A program made the position numbers and the translations under genes. Shown one piece after another: positions 49,966 to 57,376 of a DNA stretch of 64,000 bases (position 1 is the stretch's first letter; each line of letters begins with the position of its first letter). Under the pieces are notes generated by a model. The model did no database searches. It saw only the letters and a list, made by a program, of their open reading frames with translations, and was not told the origin of the DNA. Source of the DNA: a bacterium (lineage in GTDB: Bacteria; UBA8248); assembly GCA_965219955.1 (NCBI GenBank), contig OZ244799.1:448001-512000 (forward strand), read 5' to 3'.

Positions 49966-50139
49966 CCGCTTTGCGCCGAACCCTCCCCAAAAACCGCTTG
50001 CATTCTCGTGGGCGTCCATATACGGACACGCAGGTCCGCCCTTACAAAAAGCGCAGATCCTCATACATCAGGGCTTCTTCTTACCCCCCTGACAAGGGGG
50101 GGCAGGGGGGGGGGGTGGTTTTCAGGACGAGGGACCCCG

Positions 50140-51526
50140 CGAGTTACTGTCAAATGTTGTGTATGGCCGTCTTGAGTTCAGCGGCCTCCCTGCCGGTTTC
50201 TTTTTCATTCACCCCATTGATGAACCTCACGTCGGTGATCACGTCGGCCAGATGACCCAGGCCGCCCAGCCGCCCCCATCGCTTCTCGGCGCTCATGGCG
50301 AGTTGGTGAATCAGGCTCAGCGCCGTCTTCTCGCTCAGGCAGTTCCTCGTCTTCGCCGTTCGCAGCCGGATCGTGGCGAAGGTCGACTCGATCGGGTTCG
50401 TCGTCCGAAGACTCCGCCAGTGCGCCGCCGGGAAGTCGTAGAAGGCGAACAACTCCTCGCGGTCCCCCGCCAGGCACGCGGCGGCCTTGGGGTACTTCGC
50501 CTCCCAGGTGGCGAGAAAGCGTTCGAACGCCTTCTCCGCGTGCTCGCGGGTCTCCGCCCTCCACATCTCGTACAGCATCGGCCGCGCTTCGCGCTGAGCG
50601 CTTTTGGGCAGCTTGTCGAGAACGTTCGCCGTCTTGTGCACCCAGCAGCGCTGCGCCCGGGTCTCGGGATACACCTCGGCCAGCGCCGACCACAACCCCA
50701 GACCCCCGTCGCCCACCGCCAGCTTCGCCGCCTTTACCCCCCGCTCCCGCAGGCCGAGCAGAACCGCCTTCCAGCTCTCCTTCGATTCACGGAACCCCGC
50801 CTCCAGGGCCAGGAAGCGCTTGCGGCCCCGCGCGTCGCAGCCCACGACCACCAGAAGACAGCGCCGCTCCCCGCTGCGCACGTTCACGTAGATGCCGTCC
50901 GCCCACAAGTACGCGAACTCCTCGCCGCCCCAGTCCCGCTCGCGCCACTGTAAGTACTCGCGCTCCCAGCCCTCCTTGAGACGCGAGACGCTCGCCGGGG
51001 ACAAGCCCTTCACCGACTCGCCGAACAGCGCCGTGAGCGCCTCGCCGAAGTCGTTCGTCGATACCCCCTTCAGGTACAGCCACGGTATCACCGCCTCCAC
51101 GCGCCGCGTCTTGCGCAGATACGGCGGCAAAAGCTCCGAACGGAAACGCCGCCCCGCGCCCGACCTGTCCCGCGTCCGAGGAACTTGAACCCGCACCGGA
51201 CCCACACCCGTCAATACCTCCCGAGAAGGCAGATACCCGTTGCGCACCACCGCGCGGCGGCCCTGCGCGTCATGGTCGCCCGCATGCTCTTCCAGATAAG
51301 CCGCCAACTCCGCTTCCACCGCCTGGCGGATGATTCGTCGCGCGCCCGCGCGCAACAGTTCGCTCAACTCGTCTCGTAAGGCTGGATTCCTCAAGGGAAT
51401 CGTCGTATCTTCTCTCATGGTGGCGCATCTCCTTGTGCTGAATGACCGGGCTTTGGACAACCCTATTTCAGCAGGATGCGCCGCCTTCTTCAATTCAGCC
51501 CATACACAAGTTTTGAACGTAACTCG
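50140..51526 (-). mobile_element. IS256 family insertion sequence
   Basis: Imperfect ~27-bp TIRs CGAGTTACTGTCAAATGTTGTGTATGG / CCATACACAAGTTTTGAACGTAACTCG; 8-bp TSD GGACCCCG at 50132-39 and 51527-34. Confidence 0.92.
50150..51418 (-). CDS. IS256 family transposase
   Basis: RNGYLP, YLWADGI, AVGDGGLG, QRCWVHK and LRTTNPIES motifs; ATG 51418. Confidence 0.95.
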   Translation of the reverse strand: MREDTTIPLRNPALRDELSELLRAGARRIIRQAVEAELAAYLEEHAGDHDAQGRRAVVRNGYLPSREVLTGVGPVRVQVPRTRDRSGAGRRFRSELLPPYLRKTRRVEAVIPWLYLKGVSTNDFGEALTALFGESVKGLSPASVSRLKEGWEREYLQWRERDWGGEEFAYLWADGIYVNVRSGERRCLLVVVGCDARGRKRFLALEAGFRESKESWKAVLLGLRERGVKAAKLAVGDGGLGLWSALAEVYPETRAQRCWVHKTANVLDKLPKSAQREARPMLYEMWRAETREHAEKAFERFLATWEAKYPKAAACLAGDREELFAFYDFPAAHWRSLRTTNPIESTFATIRLRTAKTRNCLSEKTALSLIHQLAMSAEKRWGRLGGLGHLADVITDVRFINGVNEKETGREAAELKTAIHNI

Positions 51527-51569
51527 GGACCCCGGACAGGCACGGAGGCCTGTCCCTGCAATACGCGGT

Positions 51570-51878
51570 GTGGTTTGGTTCGTCATCCCGGTGTTTGCGC
51601 CGATCGTCGAACTGCTCGACTTTGCCGGCCATGCGTCCAGGCTGGACGTCGTCTATTGGTTCGCCATTCTGCTTGCGGTGGACCTGCAAACCTCTTTCCT
51701 GACGCCGCCGTTCGGATTTGCGCTGTTTTACATGAAGGGCGTGGCCTCACCCCAGGTCAGGATCCAGCAGATCTACACCGGAATCATTCCGTTCGTGCTT
51801 CTGCAACTGACCGGGCTGGCGCTTATCATGGCATTTCCGGGAATCGCCATGTGGCTGCCGAGACAACTGCTCAATTGA
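51570..51878 (+). pseudogene. C-terminal fragment of TRAP transporter large permease (DctM-like)
   Basis: WFAILLAVDLQTSFLTPPFGFALFYMKG...GIIPFV...FPGIAMWLP; 5' part replaced by REP/IS256. Confidence 0.85.
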
Positions 51879-51879
51879 G

Positions 51880-53295
51880 TCATTCCTGGGCCGGTGCGGC
51901 CAGATCGGGCCTCCGGTCGACCCACGGTCTGGCGGCCTCGAATGCGGCGGCGGCGCGGAAGATGTCTTCCTCGTGCAGGATCCTCGAAACCATCTGCATG
52001 CCCACGGGCAGGCCGTCCCGGGTCCATCCCGCCGGCACCGAGGCGGCCGGCTGGCCCGTCAGGTTGAACGGATAGGTGTAGTAGACCCAGGATACGATGT
52101 TGCGGCCGGGCAGCTCAGGCGGCGCGTTGCAGTTCACGTCGAAAGCCGGGACGGGAAGCGTCGGCGTCAGGAGCAGATCGTAGTCCTCGAAGAAGAGGCG
52201 CATCTTCTCGCGGAAGTCGTAGCGCCGGAAAACCTTGTCGTAATACTCGTCCAGTTCCTGATCGAGGGCGCCGGCGAGCACGTCGGCAACCGCCGGGTCG
52301 AGCAGGTCCGGCTTGTCGGCGAGCACATCCTTGAGCCGGGTTCCGACGCCGCCGTAGAACTCGGCCATCCAAATGGGGAGCGGGTCCTCTTCCATGACCT
52401 GTTCGACCAGGTCCACGGTGCAGCCGAGATCCTCGAACACCCTGACGGCCTCCTCGACGATCCGGACCACCTCGCCGGTCGGCTGCGCGTAGCCGAGCGT
52501 CGGGCTCCAGGCCAGGCGCATGCCCTCGACCGGACGCTCGCAGGCGGCCAGGAAGTCGGGCACGGGCTGCGCGACGCTGAAGGGATCCCGGCGGTCGTGC
52601 CCGGCGACGGCGCTCAGCAGGAGCGCCCCGTCGCGCACGGTGCGGGTGAGCGGGCCGACGTGGCCGAGCGTCGGCGTGGCGCTCGCCGGGAAGACCCCGA
52701 CGCGCGCGAACTGCGCCTTGATGCCGAAAAGGCCGCTGAGCGAACTCGGGATGCGGACGGACCCGCCGCCGTCGGTTCCGAGCGCGAACGGTGTGACCCC
52801 GGCGGCAACGCTGGTCGCGGCGCCGCAGCTCGATCCGCCCGGCGTCTTGGCGAGATTCCAGGCGTTCGGCGTCACCCCGGTCAGCGGGCTGTCGCCGACC
52901 GCCTTGCAGCCGAACTCGCTGGTCGTCGACTTGCCGACGATGCAGCCGCCCTGCCGCCGCACCCGGTCCACCGAGGGCGCGTCGACCGCCGCGACGTTGT
53001 CCGCCATCACCCGGGAGCCGAAGGTCAGCTTCAGGCCGTCCACGGCGATCAGGTCCTTCACCGAGATGGGTAGGCCGTGCAGCAGTCCGAGCTCTTCGCC
53101 GGACATGACGGCCTTTTCGGCCTGCCGCGCCGCTTCGAGGGCGAGGTCTGGCGAGGTCTGGACGAAACAGTTGAGCGTCGGCTCCAGCCCGTCCATGCGC
53201 TCCAGGGCCGACCCGACGAGTTCGACCGGCGAGATGTCGCCGCGCGCGATCAGGTCCTTCAACTCGATTGCCGTCATGAACGCGAAATCGCTCAT
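51880..53295 (-). CDS. Amidase-signature family amidase
   Basis: GLPISVKD, TPGGSSCG and ALGTDGGGSVRIPS motifs (Ser-cisSer-Lys triad). Confidence 0.92.
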   Translation of the reverse strand: MSDFAFMTAIELKDLIARGDISPVELVGSALERMDGLEPTLNCFVQTSPDLALEAARQAEKAVMSGEELGLLHGLPISVKDLIAVDGLKLTFGSRVMADNVAAVDAPSVDRVRRQGGCIVGKSTTSEFGCKAVGDSPLTGVTPNAWNLAKTPGGSSCGAATSVAAGVTPFALGTDGGGSVRIPSSLSGLFGIKAQFARVGVFPASATPTLGHVGPLTRTVRDGALLLSAVAGHDRRDPFSVAQPVPDFLAACERPVEGMRLAWSPTLGYAQPTGEVVRIVEEAVRVFEDLGCTVDLVEQVMEEDPLPIWMAEFYGGVGTRLKDVLADKPDLLDPAVADVLAGALDQELDEYYDKVFRRYDFREKMRLFFEDYDLLLTPTLPVPAFDVNCNAPPELPGRNIVSWVYYTYPFNLTGQPAASVPAGWTRDGLPVGMQMVSRILHEEDIFRAAAAFEAARPWVDRRPDLAAPAQE

Positions 53296-53747
53296 CGTTC
53301 CTGTCCGTCGAGCCACCCGCCAAGCGTCTCGAGCGTCTTCGCAAACCGCTCGATTTCATCCACGTCTATCGCGCTGAAGGTCCGGAATAGATCCTGGCCG
53401 ATGTCCTTGTGGATCCTGTCGGGCAGCGCCGTGGTCTCATCCCTGGCAGTAACGATTTTCGAGCGCTTGTCGGTCGGGCTATCGGCGAAATCCACCGGTT
53501 CCATATTGCGGAACTTTGCCAGGGCCTTCGTAACGGCAGGCTGGCCGACTTCCACAGCCGCTGCGATGTCCGATATGCGGCTCCCTCCCCGCGCTCGTTG
53601 CCTGACGATGTGATGCAGGATGCCGAACTGACCCAACGTCAGACTGTGGGGTTCCGGCAAAATGGTCATGCGTGTTCCGAAAAGCTGGCAGACAATGGAC
53701 AGCCAGGTTGCACATCCGGATACCAGCGGGCCTGTGCGTTTCGACAT
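53292..53747 (-). CDS. MarR family transcriptional regulator, possibly degenerate
   Basis: LTLGQFGILHHI, ISDIAAAVEVGQPAVTKAL and DKRSKIV motifs. Confidence 0.75.
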   Translation of the reverse strand: MSKRTGPLVSGCATWLSIVCQLFGTRMTILPEPHSLTLGQFGILHHIVRQRARGGSRISDIAAAVEVGQPAVTKALAKFRNMEPVDFADSPTDKRSKIVTARDETTALPDRIHKDIGQDLFRTFSAIDVDEIERFAKTLETLGGWLDGQER

Positions 53748-53823
53748 GGTTTCACGATTCGCTTGATTTGCATTCCAAAGAATATAAAAAAATATTCCAG
53801 GGATTACAAATTGAAATAGAGCA

Positions 53824-54135
53824 ATGTTCCTGAAGCTGCTGGACGGCGTCACCGCCCTCCCGCTTTGGACCCATGCAGCTGCCGCGGTCGCGACAGTCGC
53901 CAGCTTTCAATGGACGAGGGGCTGGCTTGAAGCCGGCTATGCCGCGTCACGGCGCCCCGTGGATTTCGCCACCGGCCAGACCGCGTTCAGCGGCGAAAAG
54001 ATCAAGAGCTACTTCGCCCATACGCAGAAGACGGGAATTGGACCACCCAGGTCATCGACTACGGGTTCATCCTTGCCATGGCGTGCATGGGGCTGTTCGT
54101 CTGCACGTTCGTCGCGCGGTTCAACCGCGGCGGCA
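53824..54135 (+). pseudogene. Frameshifted membrane-protein fragment truncated by a repeat
   Basis: MFLKLLD...PVDFATGQTAFSGE continues in another frame as WTTQVIDYGFILAMACMGLFVCTFVARFN, then runs into the 54141 repeat. Confidence 0.55.
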
Positions 54136-54140
54136 GGCGG

Positions 54141-54316
54141 CAGGGGCCGCCCGCGAACGGCGTCTGCGGAATGCGCGGTCCTGGTCATCACGCCCTCCCC
54201 TGTGGGCTGGTTCCGGTCAATGGCGCGGGAATCCTTCGCCCCGCGCCCCGCGCGCGATACCGCAGTCCGGGTTTTCAGAGAGTACGGCAACTGTGGGGCA
54301 ATGCGTGGTCAAAGCC
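54141..54316 (-). repeat. Partial phased-motif element, direct repeat of 48101-48272
   Basis: Shared CAGGGGCCGCCC, CGCGGTCCTGGTCATCACGCCCTCCC, GGGCTGGTTCCG, GTACGGCAA and AATGCGTGGTCA blocks. Confidence 0.8.
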
Positions 54317-54403
54317 AAGTGGGAAAAAGGGAGTTGTTTTACTGATATTGATGTTTTTCTCGTCCTCGGTAAACTCTTCTTTTAGCGAATAATTTCATAC
54401 AAT

Positions 54404-54476
54404 TTGTGTCTATTATAGCAAATAGACACAATATATAGTTTTCCCTTTGAAAAAGTGTATTTATCCAGTATACTAT
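54404..54476 (+). promoter_or_regulatory. 11-bp inverted repeat (operator candidate) and sigma70-like promoter of the defence operon
   Basis: TTGTGTCTATT-N6-AATAGACACAA at 54404-54431; TTGAAA (54447)-16 nt-TATACT (54469). Confidence 0.55.
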
Positions 54477-54481
54477 GAGTC

Positions 54482-54688
54482 ATGAGGGATGTTGGCCGGA
54501 GTATTCACGTTCAGCGCGACTTATGGCAAAAGTTTCTAGATGCCTGCCGTGCAGATGAGCACTCCGCGGGCACAGGTGCTCAAGGATTTTTGAGAGCCTA
54601 TGTTGCAAGAAAGGGTTCGCGCGAGTACCAAAACGAATCTGATGATAACCACGCAATTGAAACGCGGCAACACAAGAAGGCACTCTGA
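54482..54688 (+). CDS. Small ribbon-helix-helix-like protein, probably decayed
   Basis: MRDVGRSIHVQRDLWQKFLDACRA...RAYV resembles small RHH plasmid-related proteins as recalled, not searched. Confidence 0.45.
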   Translation: MRDVGRSIHVQRDLWQKFLDACRADEHSAGTGAQGFLRAYVARKGSREYQNESDDNHAIETRQHKKAL

Positions 54689-54704
54689 TGAGGATAAGGG
54701 GAAC

Positions 54705-55586
54705 GTGAGGGTGGCATCTGAACTAGCGCATGACAACATTACGCGGCTTCAGCGGGATCAAATGGTTGATATCGTATGTGAAGACAACTTGAAATATATG
54801 CGGAAACTACCTGATCAGTTCATGCATCTCATTATCACTTCGCCACCATACAACAACGGTAAAGCCTATGAATTGCGCAAATCGCGTGAGCGATACATTG
54901 AAGAGCAAGCAGCCTGTATCGCAGAAGCAGTCCGGCTCTTGCACCCACAAGGTTCCATTTGCTGGCAAGTGGGTAATCATATTGATGATGGAGAAGTTTT
55001 TCCGCTAGATATCCTACTCTACGATCTATTTAAAAACCATGGACTGAAACTGAGAAATCGGATTGTTTGGACCTTTGGCCACGGCCTCCATTGTCAAAAG
55101 CGTTTATCAGGGCGACATGAAACGATTCTTTGGTTCACAAAGTCTGACGACTACATTTTTAATCTTGATCCTATTCGAGTTCCCTCAAAATATCCCAACA
55201 AGAAATACTTTAAGGGACCCAAAAAAGGCGAGTTTTCCGGCAATCCTCTCGGAAAGAATCCTTCGGACGTATGGGAAATACCGAACGTAAAATGGAACCA
55301 CGTTGAAAAAACCGACCATCCCTGCCAATTTCCAGTAGGACTTGTGGAAAGACTTGTTCTAGGTCTGACCAACATGGGCGACAACGTATTCGATCCATAC
55401 GTCGGGGTTGGTAGTTCCGCCATCGCGGCTCTTTTGCACGAACGTAACGCCTATGGGTGTGATTTTGAGCAGGGATATATTGATATTGCCTGGGAACGTA
55501 TTCACCAGCTTCGAGAGGGAACTTTGCGCACTCGTCCCATGAATAAGCCAGTGTACGAACCCCGAAAAAGGGGGAGCGATGAATGA
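54705..55586 (+). CDS. Beta-class amino-DNA methyltransferase (N4C/N6A), M.BglII-like
   Basis: Motif IV ITSPPY precedes motif I FDPYVGVGSS; LRNRIVW..GHGLH, GKNPSDVWEIPNVK and HPCQFP; GTG 54705 after AAGGGG (start uncertain). Confidence 0.92.
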   Translation: MRVASELAHDNITRLQRDQMVDIVCEDNLKYMRKLPDQFMHLIITSPPYNNGKAYELRKSRERYIEEQAACIAEAVRLLHPQGSICWQVGNHIDDGEVFPLDILLYDLFKNHGLKLRNRIVWTFGHGLHCQKRLSGRHETILWFTKSDDYIFNLDPIRVPSKYPNKKYFKGPKKGEFSGNPLGKNPSDVWEIPNVKWNHVEKTDHPCQFPVGLVERLVLGLTNMGDNVFDPYVGVGSSAIAALLHERNAYGCDFEQGYIDIAWERIHQLREGTLRTRPMNKPVYEPRKRGSDE

Positions 55587-56044
55587 AGTTTGTCGCAACA
55601 TACTCCCATCACAATGGTGTCGCTGTCTGGAAAGAACGTGACCTCTATGAATGGGTCACGGACATCTTCGAAGCTCCTAGGGTGAAGATAAAGCCAAAAG
55701 GCACAAGCGATATTCGCAATCATGTGAAAAATGAGTTGAGCGACGAAGGGTGGGCGTTTAACGTCCGAGTTGATCCTGAAGCTGATTTGACGGTTTTTGC
55801 GAAAAAATCTGACCTCGTTGTTCAGATACAAACCGGCAACATTAGCCGTTATGCATACGACCTACTTAAGATACAACACCTTTATAGTAAGAAAGAAATC
55901 GAAGGAGCAGCGCTTGCGGTCCCCACCAAGGAAACAGCCAAGGTGTTAGGCAGCAACATTGCTTATGACGAGCGTGTCTGGAACGAACTGAATATTTTTG
56001 ACCGCGTGATTACCGTACCGTTGATGATTATTGCATTCAAATAA
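55583..56044 (+). CDS. Short BglII/BstYI-like restriction endonuclease-fold protein with degenerate active site
   Basis: MKFVATYSHHNG, LSDEGW, VVQIQTGN and YDLLKIQHLY; ATGA coupling to the MTase. Confidence 0.65.
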   Translation: MKFVATYSHHNGVAVWKERDLYEWVTDIFEAPRVKIKPKGTSDIRNHVKNELSDEGWAFNVRVDPEADLTVFAKKSDLVVQIQTGNISRYAYDLLKIQHLYSKKEIEGAALAVPTKETAKVLGSNIAYDERVWNELNIFDRVITVPLMIIAFK

Positions 56045-56057
56045 AGGGGAAGTGCAG

Positions 56058-57356
56058 ATGTACAAGATAAGCACCAGTCCGCTTGCTCAACGAAAAGAGC
56101 TAGTCGACCAAGCGTGCAAGGTGTCGAAGGAAACGCTGCCTTTTTACGAGTTCCAGAATAAGAGGCACGATTTATCGATCATTCGGCTCGACCTAAATGT
56201 GCCTGTTTACCGGATGCAGAACTTCAGAACACGCACGACACAATTAAAGTATGTGCGCGATCATAAAAAACCGGCAGACTTCTTTAGCAGTGGTCAGGAG
56301 AATGAGGAATCTCAACAGGCACAACACGCCCTCCTTGTTGTGTTTGCTAAGGAGGGGCGTACCGGTTCGATCTTGCCCATTTTTGACGCACTCCAAAGTG
56401 AAGAACAGAGAGAGCCACTGATAATCACGGCTGGTGGTGTGGTTGTAAACGGGAATCGTCGTCTCGCTGCAATGCGAGAGCTATTCACTGAAAGGCCGGC
56501 ACAGTTTCCCCGCTTTAGTCATGTCGATTGCGCTGTGCTCCCGGGAAATATAACGCCTGATGAGATTCGTGAAATTGAAGTCCGGCTTCAGATGCGTCAG
56601 GAAACAAAGTTGCCATATGAATGGGTCAATGAATCCCTAGCTATTCAAGAGCTTATACAAAGTGGGAAATCGGTCAGCCACATTGCTGATTTGATGAAGA
56701 AGAGGAAACGAGATGTTGAACGAGCCGATCAGGCGCTAAGGGAAGCCGATCTTTATCTTAAAGAGTGGGCACATACGCCGGGTGAATATCAAGAAGTGGA
56801 AGATGGAGAACAGCATTTTAATGATCTCGCTAAAGGGCTAGAAGGCAAACAGGGTGATGTATTAGAAGTTAGCCGTCGTATCGCGTGGGCACTTTTCTCG
56901 GCCAACAACCTTAAGGAGGGCCGACTCTACGGCTACAACTTTAGTTTTGGAAATCGAACCGACGAGGTAGTCGCATCTCTCGTTGAACGCCTAGATATAG
57001 ATTTGACGGTTGATAAAGAAGACAGCAATGATGACGATGATTTAGACATCGACATTGATGACGAAGAAGTAACTTCCCTTGATCCCTTAATTGAAATCTT
57101 TGATGACCCGTCTCATCGGCAGATGGTCACCGACGAGGTTGTCGCGATATGCGAGAACATCATTGAGAAGGACCGACAGGGCAAGATTGGACGGCGTGCT
57201 CTCAAGGCGCTCCAAGATGCCAACGGCAAACTACAGGAAGTAGATTTGAGCAAAGCTGAATCGTCAACATACGATGCTATCGATTCTCAACTTGATAGTA
57301 TTCTCGAGCGTGCTGCCGATCTTAAGAGAAAACTCGAGCCTTACAAGTCAAGTTAG
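56058..57356 (+). CDS. ParB/Srx-like N-terminal domain protein
   Basis: QREPLIIT..GVVVNGNRRLAAMREL arginine patch, HTH-like SVSHIADLM, acidic C-terminal tract. Confidence 0.8.
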   Translation: MYKISTSPLAQRKELVDQACKVSKETLPFYEFQNKRHDLSIIRLDLNVPVYRMQNFRTRTTQLKYVRDHKKPADFFSSGQENEESQQAQHALLVVFAKEGRTGSILPIFDALQSEEQREPLIITAGGVVVNGNRRLAAMRELFTERPAQFPRFSHVDCAVLPGNITPDEIREIEVRLQMRQETKLPYEWVNESLAIQELIQSGKSVSHIADLMKKRKRDVERADQALREADLYLKEWAHTPGEYQEVEDGEQHFNDLAKGLEGKQGDVLEVSRRIAWALFSANNLKEGRLYGYNFSFGNRTDEVVASLVERLDIDLTVDKEDSNDDDDLDIDIDDEEVTSLDPLIEIFDDPSHRQMVTDEVVAICENIIEKDRQGKIGRRALKALQDANGKLQEVDLSKAESSTYDAIDSQLDSILERAADLKRKLEPYKSS

Positions 57357-57376
57357 CCGATTTAGAGTGATCTTGT

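Larger units (their letters stand above)
48648..50024 (+). mobile_element. IS110 family, IS1111-type insertion sequence in a REP-like palindrome
   Basis: Sub-terminal IRs TGGACGCC (48656-48663) / GGCGTCCA (50011-50018); CG core at 48648-49 and 50023-24; long 3' non-coding end. Confidence 0.85.

Noticed and set aside
50105-50115. Poly-G tract as a phase-variation switch
   Set aside because: Non-coding degenerate end of a family B repeat, not in a gene or promoter
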